From positions 1,688-65,687 of the forward strand of contig CACPNG010000003.1 of the NCBI GenBank assembly GCA_902635225.1: a DNA stretch of 64,000 nt. Reading direction: 5' to 3'. The notes under the pieces were generated by a model that was not told where the DNA came from, did not search any database, and was given only the letters and a program-made list of their open reading frames with translations. Positions 27,649 through 37,030 of the stretch are shown one piece after another. How positions within the stretch are numbered: position 1 is the first letter of the stretch; every line of letters starts with the position of its first letter. The stretch is from an uncultured Pelagibacteraceae bacterium (lineage in GTDB: Bacteria > Pseudomonadota > Alphaproteobacteria > Pelagibacterales > Pelagibacteraceae). A program made the translations under genes and the position numbers.

Positions 27649-28347
27649 AGTGGTTCTTCTCCAAAAAAATCTTGAAAATAAATAGAATATTATTACTCCA
27701 ACAAAATAATTCCATTCTAGCATATGTTTGAAATGCGTATTACCCTTAGTTACTAGTGTAGGAATACTTAAAAGGGCAACTAAAATAAGAATGCTTACTA
27801 GCAAAAATTTCATTATTAAAACTTTCTTATTAATAAGTTTTTCAATTTTTATTTTTAATTTAAAAAAATGATAAACTAAATAACCTTGAGCAATAAGTTC
27901 AAAAACAATAAATAAAAGCAAAACCAACCTTCTAAACAACTTATATATTTGAATATCGAATTTGATACCTAAAAAGATTGAATGAATAGCTAAAAAAACC
28001 GCAGACAAAATACCAAAAGTTTTAAATTTATAATTAATACTTGTTGTATTTAGATTGTTAACCAAATCGTTATTATTTTTCCAATAATAATAAAGAAGGA
28101 TTGCTGTTAATATCATTGATGGTTTGAAAATCAGGTATTGTGGAAAAGTTCTTGAAGCTCTACTTATTGATAAACTTCCATCTAGGTATGGAATTGAAAA
28201 ATTAGATCTACCAATTTGATCTACCTCTAGAAACGTATTATTTAAAAATTCAGGATTTTGAGATATAAAAAGGCACAAATTTATTGCCAGTAATGGAATA
28301 ATAAAGATCCATAAACTCAATTTTCGAATTTGAGTTATTTCTTTCAT
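27646..28347 (-). CDS. Hypothetical multi-pass membrane protein
   Basis: About 6 hydrophobic segments; PYLDG..SISR..R and LEWN motifs. Confidence 0.7.
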   Translation of the reverse strand: MKEITQIRKLSLWIFIIPLLAINLCLFISQNPEFLNNTFLEVDQIGRSNFSIPYLDGSLSISRASRTFPQYLIFKPSMILTAILLYYYWKNNNDLVNNLNTTSINYKFKTFGILSAVFLAIHSIFLGIKFDIQIYKLFRRLVLLLFIVFELIAQGYLVYHFFKLKIKIEKLINKKVLIMKFLLVSILILVALLSIPTLVTKGNTHFKHMLEWNYFVGVIIFYLFSRFFWRRTT

Positions 28348-28359
28348 AAATATTTTAGA

Positions 28360-28443
28360 TTATTTCTTTTTGTTTCTTTTTCTTGCTCTTCTTTTTTTTG
28401 AGCCTATTTTTCTTCTACCACGGTGCTTTTTTGGGTAACCCAT
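28360..28443 (-). CDS. 27-aa Lys/Arg-rich small protein (missed by ORF track)
   Basis: MGYPKKHRGRRKIGSKKRRARKRNKKK; AAGGAGG SD ends 8 nt upstream of the ATG. Confidence 0.75.
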   Translation of the reverse strand: MGYPKKHRGRRKIGSKKRRARKRNKKK

Positions 28444-28509
28444 ATTTTTGCCTCCTTTTTTCTATCTTAATCTGTAAAGATATATATAAAGTTCAATTAT
28501 ACTTATTTT

Positions 28510-29706
28510 ATGAAAAAGTCTATAAGCACATTTCTAAAACATCCAACAAAAGATAGCTCAAATAGATCCGCAAACCCTCCTGTAACCCGTGCCTCAACTA
28601 TTTTATTCAACACGATGCAGGAAATGTATAAACATGAACTCAAAATCAAGAAACATAAGAAAGTATCTCATTTTACCTACGGAAGATATGGTAGCACGAC
28701 TACAATTGAACTTGAAAATATTTTAAAAGAATTAGAGCAGGCTTATCATGTTTTTCTAACAGGTACTGGATTTGGTGGAATAGCTTTAGCATTAATGGCT
28801 CTTTGTAGGCCTGGAGATGAAATTTTAGTTTCAGACAATGTCTATGGTCCAACAAAAGAAATATCTCAAGAACTTATGAAAGAATTTAGAGTTAATGCTA
28901 AATTTTATAATCCAGACTCTTTGGATGATTTAAAAGGAAAAATATCGCATAAAACAAAAATGATTTTAGTTGAAAATCCAGGGAGTAACACGTTTGAATT
29001 TCAAGACTTATCTAAGATTATCAAAGTGGCTAAAAGAAAAAAAATTTTCACTTTGCTTGATAATACTTGGGGAACACCACTTTATCTTAAACCATTGAAA
29101 TTAGGATTTGATATGTCTTTTTGTTCTGCTACAAAATATTTTTCGGGTCATTCAGATGCTATGGGCGGTTCTCTGGCAGTTAATCAAAAAGTTTTTAAAA
29201 AAATAATGTTCTTTTATAAATTATCAGGATACCGAATGTCAGCTGATGAGGCTTACCTAATCATAAGAGGTTTAAGAACTTTAGATACCAGACTAAAACA
29301 ACATTGTGAGAATACAAAAACCATAATCAAATTTCTAAAAAAACAAAAAAAAATTAAAGAAATTCTATATCCACACAATCCATCAAGCAAAAATTATAAA
29401 CTATGGAAAAAATATTACTCTGGAGCAACAGGCTTGCTCTCTATTGTCATAAAAAGTAAAAAAAAATCTTCAGTGATAGCCTTTGTTAATTCGCTTGAAT
29501 TATTTGGAATTGGATACAGCTGGGGAGGATTTGAGAGTCTAGCTATTCTTCAAGAGATTAAAAGTTCAAAAAAGGATGAATATTTAAAAGGGCGCCAATT
29601 TTACCGATTTAAAAAAGACGAGTACATTGTAAGACTTCATATTGGTTTAGAAGACCCAAAAGATTTAATTAATGATTTAAAACAAGGATTGAAAAAAATT
29701 AAGTGA
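28510..29706 (+). CDS. metC: Cystathionine beta-lyase
   Basis: NPPV.RAST, YGR.G, ENPGS.TFE.QD, DNTW, SATKYFSGHSD (PLP Lys), GYSWGGFESL, RLHIGLED. Confidence 0.88.
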   Translation: MKKSISTFLKHPTKDSSNRSANPPVTRASTILFNTMQEMYKHELKIKKHKKVSHFTYGRYGSTTTIELENILKELEQAYHVFLTGTGFGGIALALMALCRPGDEILVSDNVYGPTKEISQELMKEFRVNAKFYNPDSLDDLKGKISHKTKMILVENPGSNTFEFQDLSKIIKVAKRKKIFTLLDNTWGTPLYLKPLKLGFDMSFCSATKYFSGHSDAMGGSLAVNQKVFKKIMFFYKLSGYRMSADEAYLIIRGLRTLDTRLKQHCENTKTIIKFLKKQKKIKEILYPHNPSSKNYKLWKKYYSGATGLLSIVIKSKKKSSVIAFVNSLELFGIGYSWGGFESLAILQEIKSSKKDEYLKGRQFYRFKKDEYIVRLHIGLEDPKDLINDLKQGLKKIK

Positions 29707-30929
29707 TTAAAAATTTTTTCCCAAACAAAACTGCATTATTTGCCTTAGTAGCTGCTTGCTTTATTGTTTGTACTACAATGGGCATAAGACAAACATTTGG
29801 ACTTTACTCAAGCGAATTCGAGTCATCATCTGGAACATCAAATACTGAATTTGGGTTAGCGATCGCCGTCCACGCAATATTTTGGGGAATTTTTACTCCA
29901 GTTTTTGGTAGGATTTCAGATAGATTAGGTGGATATGTAGTAATAGTTCCAGCTTTGATTTTTTACTCAATCGCAATGCTGCTTATGGGAAACAATTATG
30001 TTTCTGGCATGTGGCTACAAATTAATCTTGGTTTATTTGTTGGTCTAGGTTTAGCTGGAGCAGCTGGAACCATCCTAACTCCAATGATCTCAAAACATTT
30101 TCCTAATGAAAATAGAAGTAAAGCCGCGGGTCTTGTTACTGCATGCGGTGGCTTAGGTATGTTTATTTTTCCAATATTATCTACTTTGTTTAAAAATATT
30201 TCTACCTGGCAGATGTCTTTTATAATATTTTCTATAATTTTATTTTTGATGTGTATACCTGGTCTTTTTGTAAAATTACCACAAAATAAAACCACAACTA
30301 TTAATTCTAACATAGACAATCGAAGCTTAAATGAAGTCTTAAAAGAGTCATTTGCACATAGAGGTTTTAGATTATTAATTCTTGGATTTTTTGTGTGCGG
30401 TTTTCAAATTACTTTAATAGCAACTCATGTCCCGAGATATGTTCAAGATAAAGGTTTAGCAGACTGGACAGGAATGGCGATTTTGGCTTTGATAGGTTTT
30501 TTTAACATTATAGGAACACTTGTAATGGGCTATTTGGGCGATAAATACAGCAAAAAGATACTTTTGAGTGGATTATATTTTTTAAGAGGAATAGCTTTAA
30601 TACTGTTTATTTTCTTACCAGCCTCAAATTTATCTGCAGTTTTATTTGGAACTTCTTTTGGATTGTTATGGCTTGCAACTGTTCCCGCAACAAATGGAAT
30701 AGTTGCGCAAATTTTTGGAACAAAAAATTTAACACTCCTCTTTGGAATAGTATTTTTGAACCATCAATTCGGATCCTTTTTGGGCGCATATTTAGGAGGT
30801 TACTTTTACGATCAGTACGGAAGTTTTGATTATGCTTGGTACCTAGCAATAGTCCTATCTTTTATAGCAACAGCTTTACATTTACCAATTGATGAAAGAC
30901 CGATAGCTGCTGTGGATAAAACTATCTAG
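29703..30929 (+). CDS. MFS transporter
   Basis: About 12 TM segments; GRISDRLG and GYLGDKYS motif A; GFFVCGFQ; HQFGSFLG. Confidence 0.92.
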   Translation: MIKNFFPNKTALFALVAACFIVCTTMGIRQTFGLYSSEFESSSGTSNTEFGLAIAVHAIFWGIFTPVFGRISDRLGGYVVIVPALIFYSIAMLLMGNNYVSGMWLQINLGLFVGLGLAGAAGTILTPMISKHFPNENRSKAAGLVTACGGLGMFIFPILSTLFKNISTWQMSFIIFSIILFLMCIPGLFVKLPQNKTTTINSNIDNRSLNEVLKESFAHRGFRLLILGFFVCGFQITLIATHVPRYVQDKGLADWTGMAILALIGFFNIIGTLVMGYLGDKYSKKILLSGLYFLRGIALILFIFLPASNLSAVLFGTSFGLLWLATVPATNGIVAQIFGTKNLTLLFGIVFLNHQFGSFLGAYLGGYFYDQYGSFDYAWYLAIVLSFIATALHLPIDERPIAAVDKTI

Positions 30930-31036
30930 GGTTGTATTTTGAGTCTTAAAGTGAATCAAAAGTGAATCAAAACGTGAACATTTAAAACTTACAACTTCAA
31001 ATTGTGGATAATTTTTTTATTTAATCATTAAGATTC
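30911..31036. promoter_or_regulatory. Two perfect DnaA boxes with clustered GANTC sites and an 11-bp tandem repeat
   Basis: TGTGGATAA at 30911-30919 and 31003-31011; GANTC at 30941, 30953, 30964, 31032; AAAGTGAATCA x2 at 30948-30969. Confidence 0.6.
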
Positions 31037-31069
31037 TTTTTATATGCTCTAAATAACAAAGGAGCAAAA

Positions 31070-31738
31070 ATGTTTTCATCAGAATTAGGAAAAAAATTAG
31101 ACAAATATCATTTATTAAAACATCCATTTTATCAAATTTATTGGAACGAAGGAAAGTTAAACAGAGAAATTATCAAAGATTACGCTGAGCAATATTATCA
31201 GCATGTCAAAGCGTTTCCTAGATACATAAGCGCAACTCATTCAATTTGTGAGGATATTGAAAAAAGAAGAATTCTTTTAGAAAATTTACAGGATGAGGAA
31301 AATAAAGATGGCGATCATCCAAAATTATGGAAAAATTTCGCTAAAGCTCTTGGAGCAAATGAAGCTGAAATCGAAAATATAAAGCTAGATTGGTTTACAA
31401 AAGATATGATTGATAACTTTTTTGCTCAAGCAAGAAAATCTTATGCAGAAGGCTTGGCATCACTTTATACCTACGAAAGACAAATTCCTGAAATTGCAGA
31501 AACAAAAATTCAAGGTTTAAAAAAATTTTACGGAGTGAACTCAAAAGATGGGCTAGAATTTTTTGAAGCACATAAATCTGCTGATGTAATTCATAGAGCA
31601 GAATGTGAAAAACTTCTAGATAGCCTAAGCACTGAAGAGCAAAAAAAGGCAGAAAATGCCTCTTTATTGACAGCAAGATATCTATGGAATTTTTTAAGTG
31701 GTATGGTTTCAAAACATAAACTGCAAATAGCCGCCTAG
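31070..31738 (+). CDS. CADD/CT610-like heme-oxygenase-like diiron protein (PqqC/TenA fold; putative pABA synthase)
   Basis: HLLKHPFY..W..G.L, YY.HVKAFPRY, NL.DEE....H..LW, YE.QIPEIA.TKI.GL, FF..H...D..H. Confidence 0.85.
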   Translation: MFSSELGKKLDKYHLLKHPFYQIYWNEGKLNREIIKDYAEQYYQHVKAFPRYISATHSICEDIEKRRILLENLQDEENKDGDHPKLWKNFAKALGANEAEIENIKLDWFTKDMIDNFFAQARKSYAEGLASLYTYERQIPEIAETKIQGLKKFYGVNSKDGLEFFEAHKSADVIHRAECEKLLDSLSTEEQKKAENASLLTARYLWNFLSGMVSKHKLQIAA

Positions 31739-31795
31739 TTTCTAAAGTCTTGATTGACAATTTAGATTAAGAAGAATACCTATGATTAATTAGGT

Positions 31796-32884
31796 ATGGA
31801 AATTTATCTTCCAATTGTACAAGTTCATATAGATGTAATTTTTATTTTATTCGTCAGCTTCGCTGTAGGAGTTTTGTCTGGTTTATTTGGAGTAGGTGGT
31901 GGTTTTTTAATGACTCCATTTTTAATTTTTCTAGGAATTCCACCAGTTTATGCTGTACCAAATGAGATCAATAATATTCTAGCGACATCTGTATCTGGAT
32001 CTATGACCCATTGGTTTAAAAACACATTAGATTACAAAATGGGTTTAATGATAATTATAGGAGGGACAGTTGGCACGGTACTTGGAATTATCACTTTTAC
32101 TTTTTTTAAGGAAACTGGCAAATTAAGTTTAATAATTTCATTGTCTTATATGTATCTTCTTGCAATTATAGGGACCTTGATGCTTATAGAGGGTGCAGGC
32201 GAAATTGATGCAGCTAGAAAAAAAATAATTTTAAAAAAAAAACTTCACACACATTACTGGATACATGGTCTTCCTTTTAAATTAAGATTTCCAAAATCAA
32301 GACTTTATGAAAGTGCTTTCACACCAATACTTCTTGGTGTAATTGTGGGTTTTGTAGCAGCATTAATTGGAGTAGGAGGTGCATTTTTGATGGTGCCAGC
32401 AATGATCTACCTTATAGGTATGCCAATGAATTTAATTCCAGGAACTTCCTTATTCGTGACTGTATTTATTAGTGCCTTAGTAACTGTTTTACATGCATTT
32501 CAATATGGTTCAATTGACCTTATTTTAGTTATTGTTTTAGTAGTCGGTTCAATTGTTGGTGTGCAAGTTGGTCAAAAAGTAGGTCAATATCTAAACAGTT
32601 CCCACTTAAAAACTCTTTTTGCAATGTTATTGTGTGCAGTCGCTATAGCTATTGCGTATGATACATTTTTTTTCGAAGGCGTTAGAGAAATTAAAGAAAC
32701 TGAAATCATAAATATTGAAAACTTAAATTTTTTTTCTAAATTTATTTCCAAATTATCTGATAATAACCCACTTCTTTACGGATCATTAGCCATTTTAATA
32801 GCGATAGTTTTGGGAATTATTGGAGCTGGAAGTAGGCAACTGCTAAGTAAATACAAATACATTTTCTTAATCAAAAAAAATTAA
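31796..32884 (+). CDS. Sulfite exporter TauE/SafE family protein
   Basis: MEIYLPI; two GVGGG(A)F repeats; GTSLF. Confidence 0.88.
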   Translation: MEIYLPIVQVHIDVIFILFVSFAVGVLSGLFGVGGGFLMTPFLIFLGIPPVYAVPNEINNILATSVSGSMTHWFKNTLDYKMGLMIIIGGTVGTVLGIITFTFFKETGKLSLIISLSYMYLLAIIGTLMLIEGAGEIDAARKKIILKKKLHTHYWIHGLPFKLRFPKSRLYESAFTPILLGVIVGFVAALIGVGGAFLMVPAMIYLIGMPMNLIPGTSLFVTVFISALVTVLHAFQYGSIDLILVIVLVVGSIVGVQVGQKVGQYLNSSHLKTLFAMLLCAVAIAIAYDTFFFEGVREIKETEIINIENLNFFSKFISKLSDNNPLLYGSLAILIAIVLGIIGAGSRQLLSKYKYIFLIKKN

Positions 32885-32901
32885 AAATGTGAGGAAAGCT
32901 T

Positions 32902-33282
32902 TTGAATAAAAAATCTTCTAATAAAAGTTTTGGATTATTATTTTTTGTTGTTTTCCTAGGACTTGGATTATGGCCGCTCACAAATGATAATAATCCAAAT
33001 ATTTATTTAATCATAATTTCCATAATTTTTTTAATTTTAGGACTACTTAACTCTAAATTACTATCCCCATTAAACTCATTTTGGATTAAGTTCGGAGAAC
33101 TTTTAGGCAAAATAATTGCTCCTGTGGTTATGGCAATTATTTATTTTCTTATTCTAACACCAATTAGTTTAATGGTGAGACTTTTTGGAAAGGATTTGCT
33201 AGGTCTAAAGTTTACAAAACAAATAAAAACATATTGGATCAAGAGAAAAAAAGATTTAGGTTCAATGAATAAACAGTTTTAA
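32902..33282 (+). CDS. SxtJ family membrane protein
   Basis: SNKSFGL.F, PLN..W.KFG.LLG.I.P, ILTPI, GKDLL, YWI.R, M..QF. Confidence 0.85.
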   Translation: MNKKSSNKSFGLLFFVVFLGLGLWPLTNDNNPNIYLIIISIIFLILGLLNSKLLSPLNSFWIKFGELLGKIIAPVVMAIIYFLILTPISLMVRLFGKDLLGLKFTKQIKTYWIKRKKDLGSMNKQF

Positions 33283-33286
33283 ATAA

Positions 33287-33439
33287 ATGATTGAATTTTT
33301 AAAAGAATTTTGGGAATTTTTAAAGGAAAGAAAAAAATATTGGTTATTGCCAATAATACTTGTCTTAGCTTTATTTGGAATATTAATTGTTTTAAGCCAA
33401 GGTTCAGCAGTAGCCCCATTTATCTATACAATTTTTTAA
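33287..33439 (+). CDS. SxtK/DUF5989 family small membrane protein (missed by ORF track)
   Basis: MIEFLKEFWEFLKERKKYWLLPIILVLALFGILIVLSQGSAVAPFIYTIF. Confidence 0.88.
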   Translation: MIEFLKEFWEFLKERKKYWLLPIILVLALFGILIVLSQGSAVAPFIYTIF

Positions 33440-35275
33440 GTGACATCTATACTTGGCATATCAGCTTTTTACCACGACAGTGCAGCGGCATTAATAATTG
33501 ATGGTGAAATTGTTGCTGCTGCTCAGGAGGAAAGATTTTCTAGAAAAAAACACGACGCAAGATATCCAATAAATGCTGTAAATTTTGTTTTAAATGAGGG
33601 AAGTTTAAAATTAAGTGAGATAGATCATATAGTTTTTTTTGAAAAGCCATTTTTAAAGTTCGAGAGACTTCTTGAAACTTATATGGCCTTTGCGCCTAAA
33701 GGTTTTAAATCGTTCAGTCTATCAATGCCTATTTGGCTAAGAGAAAAATTATTTCAAAAAAAATTTCTTTTCGATAACCTTAAACTTCATGATGAAAAAT
33801 TTAATGATATTAATAAAATAAAATTTTCCGAGCATCATTATAGTCATGCGGCAAGTGCATTTTATCCATCTCCATTTAAAGAAGCTATAGTTTTAACTTT
33901 GGATGGAGTTGGAGAATGGGCTACAACCACAGTAGCAGTCGGAAAAGAAAATAAATTAAACATGCTTAAAGAAATACATTTTCCTCACTCTTTAGGTTTG
34001 CTTTATTCGGCCTTTACTTACTACACAGGTTTTAAAGTTAATAGTGGAGAGTATAAAGTAATGGGGTTAGCTCCTTACGGAAAACCAAAGTATAAAGATT
34101 TAATTATTAAAGAACTAATGGATTTAAAGGAGGATGGATCTTTCAAGTTGAACATGAAATATTTTAATTATGCAACAGGTTTAACAATGACAAATAAAAA
34201 ATTTTCTAATTTGTTTGGTCAACCAGTAAGAGACTCGAAAAAAGATTTATTAAATAATTTCCATATGGATATAGCTTCCTCAATACAAGCAGTAACGGAG
34301 GAAGTTGTACTACGATTAACTAGAGACATTGCAAAAGAGTATAAAATAAAAAATTTATGCTTGGCCGGCGGAGTAGCTTTAAATTGTGTTGCTAATGGTA
34401 AAATTTTGAGAGAAAAATATTTTGAAGATATATGGATTCAACCAGCAGCTGGTGATGCAGGGGGCTCTTTGGGCGCAGCGCTAGCTTACTGGCACCGAGA
34501 ATTAGAAAAACCTAGAGGAGATTTTAAAGATAAAATGAAGGGAGCTTATTTGGGCCCTCGTCTCGAAGCAAGCTCCGTAGAGAGAAACTTAAAATCTTTA
34601 AAAGCAGTTTACAGAGAAGAAACATCTTCAGAAATTTCTTCACAAGTTGCTAAAGAGCTTGCAAACAGTAGAACTGTTGGTTGGTTTCAAGGCAGAATGG
34701 AATTTGGACCAAGAGCTTTGGGTGCTCGATCAATTTTAGCTGATCCAAGATCAGAAAAAATGCAAAAAGAATTAAACTTAAAAATAAAGTTTAGAGAAAG
34801 CTTTCGTCCATTTGCACCCTCAGTTTTGAGAGAAGATGTTAAAGAATGGTTTGAAATAGATTATGATAGTCCATACATGCTTTTAGTTTCTGATGTTAAA
34901 AAAGAAAAACAAATTACTATGTCAGAAAAAGATAATAAATTATTCGGAATTGATAAATTAAATATCAAAAGATCATCAATACCAGCTATCACCCATGTAG
35001 ATTATTCTGCTAGAATTCAGACTGTCCATAAAGAAACTAATCCAAAATATTACGATCTAATAAATGAGTTTAAGAAAATTACTAATTGTCCAGTTCTTGT
35101 GAATACTTCTTTTAACGTCCGTGGTGAACCAATAGTTTGCACTGTAGAAGATGCATTTAATTGTTTTATGGGAACTAATTTAGATATTTTAGTAATTGAA
35201 AATTTTATTCTTTTTAAAGAAGATCAAGATAAGACTTTATTAAAAGATTATAAAAATAAATTTGAGTTAGATTAA
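33440..35275 (+). CDS. O-carbamoyltransferase (NodU/CmcH/SxtI family)
   Basis: ILGISAFYHDSAA, QEERF.R.KH, EHH.SHAASAF, GEYKVMGLAPYG, GGVALNCVANG, EFGPRALG.RS, FRESFRPFAP, NTSFNVRGEP. Confidence 0.93.
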   Translation: MTSILGISAFYHDSAAALIIDGEIVAAAQEERFSRKKHDARYPINAVNFVLNEGSLKLSEIDHIVFFEKPFLKFERLLETYMAFAPKGFKSFSLSMPIWLREKLFQKKFLFDNLKLHDEKFNDINKIKFSEHHYSHAASAFYPSPFKEAIVLTLDGVGEWATTTVAVGKENKLNMLKEIHFPHSLGLLYSAFTYYTGFKVNSGEYKVMGLAPYGKPKYKDLIIKELMDLKEDGSFKLNMKYFNYATGLTMTNKKFSNLFGQPVRDSKKDLLNNFHMDIASSIQAVTEEVVLRLTRDIAKEYKIKNLCLAGGVALNCVANGKILREKYFEDIWIQPAAGDAGGSLGAALAYWHRELEKPRGDFKDKMKGAYLGPRLEASSVERNLKSLKAVYREETSSEISSQVAKELANSRTVGWFQGRMEFGPRALGARSILADPRSEKMQKELNLKIKFRESFRPFAPSVLREDVKEWFEIDYDSPYMLLVSDVKKEKQITMSEKDNKLFGIDKLNIKRSSIPAITHVDYSARIQTVHKETNPKYYDLINEFKKITNCPVLVNTSFNVRGEPIVCTVEDAFNCFMGTNLDILVIENFILFKEDQDKTLLKDYKNKFELD

Positions 35276-35277
35276 TT

Positions 35278-36075
35278 TTAGTTAAGCACAGAAGCAGGGT
35301 CTAACTTTACCTCAAACCAATTTAGCCTTATATCTAAATGCGGACCTGTTGCTCTGCCACTTTGTCCTAGAGTTCCAACAATTTCACCTTTCTTTACTTT
35401 TTGACCTTTCTTTACATTTATATCCTTCATGTGCATATACAATGTGCTAATACCATGGCCATGATCGAAAATGATTGTCCCACCTGTAAAGTACATATCA
35501 TCCTCTACTAATGTGACAACTCCATCCATCATTGATTTAACAGGAGTTCCCTCAGGAGCGTGAAAATCTATACCATAGTGAGGTCTTCTTGGTTTACCAT
35601 TTAAAATTCTTTGACTGCCATAAACTCCTGTAATTATATATTTATCAATAGGGTATATAAATTTATCCTTAAAGAATGCTAATTTACTATTGATAGCTCG
35701 AGCTTTGCCGATTAAAACATTATCTTTTTTAATTCTTTCATAAACTTCAGGCGGTGGAGTAACTTGTTTTGGGGGCAGGCCATCAATTCTTTGAATTCTA
35801 TATTTTCTTTTAAAAACTTTTTTTTCTATTAGCTCAGTTTCTTTTTTATTTTTAATTTTAATCAAAACATTATTTTTTCTATCTCTATCTAAACCAAAAA
35901 CAAAGTAACCATCATTTGAAACTCTTACTTTTCTATTATCAATGAAGACTATAGAATTAGGTTTTGTTTTCCCCAATATGAAAGATCCTTGTTTAAAATC
36001 TCCTATAAATTCTACAGAAAATAATTTGCAATTAAGAAAAATACAAAAAAAAATTAAATTAAAAAATAATTTCAT
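35278..36075 (-). CDS. M23 family metallopeptidase
   Basis: HYGIDF (HxxxD), DHGHG, GRATGPHLD. Confidence 0.9.
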   Translation of the reverse strand: MKLFFNLIFFCIFLNCKLFSVEFIGDFKQGSFILGKTKPNSIVFIDNRKVRVSNDGYFVFGLDRDRKNNVLIKIKNKKETELIEKKVFKRKYRIQRIDGLPPKQVTPPPEVYERIKKDNVLIGKARAINSKLAFFKDKFIYPIDKYIITGVYGSQRILNGKPRRPHYGIDFHAPEGTPVKSMMDGVVTLVEDDMYFTGGTIIFDHGHGISTLYMHMKDINVKKGQKVKKGEIVGTLGQSGRATGPHLDIRLNWFEVKLDPASVLN

Positions 36076-37030
36076 TTAATAAGTTTTTAAAAACTAACAT
36101 ATGACCATTTTTTGACAAGTGCATTGGGTCAAATTTATAAAAATATTTTTTGGGGCTCTTAACGCTACAAAAACTTGAGGTTAAATCAATAAAATTGATA
36201 TCTAATTCTTTTAAAACTCTAGTAATTTTTTTTTGAGGTATAAAATTATTTTTCTCACAATTTCTAGTTTGATATTCATATGGTAAAATTATAACAACAA
36301 AATCTGAATTTATTTTTTTTGAAAAAGTGTCTAATTGATCAATTTGACTTTTAATATTTAGAATATCGAAATTTTGATAGTAATTATTTAAATTAAGATA
36401 CCATCTTTTTGATGGATCAGTGCTAATACCTTTTACGTACATATATAAGTAAGATTTATTACGCAGATACTCATTTAATCTATTTAAGATTTTAAAGTCT
36501 TTAAGTGAGAATGAATCTTCTTTTATTTTATCATAATTATTTAATCCTACTAAATTTGATGAGTCATAAATGTCATTAAGTGTAAAAAAATATAAAATCT
36601 TTTCTACATTGGAAAAATTTTTTATAATTTTAATATTTTTCACATGATGTGAAATTTGATATCCAGGAACAGAGCTATTTAAAAAGTTTTTATCTATTAT
36701 TGAGTTTCTTAATAAACCAACAAAAGTTTTATCTTCACTAATCCCGTTCCCAAAAGCAACACTATCACCTAAAATAAAAATATTTTCATTATTTAAGTAA
36801 TCATAATTTTTGTTAGGCACTCTAAATCCATATTTATCGGTAAATACTTTTTCATTGAAAACGATACTATCGCTGTTAGGCGATAAAAAAAAAGTATCAT
36901 TCTTACTATATATCAATCCTCTTTGAATACCCATAAGACCAGATAATTTAAAGAAGTTAAATGTTAATTCTAAGAATAGAATTAAAACAAAAAAAATAGT
37001 CAAATTGAATAGTATAATTTTTTTTGTCAT
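36059..37030 (-). CDS. Membrane-anchored SGNH/GDSL hydrolase-like protein
   Basis: N-terminal TM; LGDSVAFG, SVPGY, LND, DPMHLS..GH. Confidence 0.8.
   Translation of the reverse strand: MTKKIILFNLTIFFVLILFLELTFNFFKLSGLMGIQRGLIYSKNDTFFLSPNSDSIVFNEKVFTDKYGFRVPNKNYDYLNNENIFILGDSVAFGNGISEDKTFVGLLRNSIIDKNFLNSSVPGYQISHHVKNIKIIKNFSNVEKILYFFTLNDIYDSSNLVGLNNYDKIKEDSFSLKDFKILNRLNEYLRNKSYLYMYVKGISTDPSKRWYLNLNNYYQNFDILNIKSQIDQLDTFSKKINSDFVVIILPYEYQTRNCEKNNFIPQKKITRVLKELDINFIDLTSSFCSVKSPKKYFYKFDPMHLSKNGHMLVFKNLLNEIIF

Noticed and set aside
33310-33501. 63-aa ORF from the track
   Set aside because: Wrong frame; the real gene is the SxtK/DUF5989 ORF at 33287-33439.
32902-35275. Saxitoxin biosynthesis cluster
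   Set aside because: Only the widespread sxtI/J/K-like genes are present; no sxtA, sxtG or other core genes.
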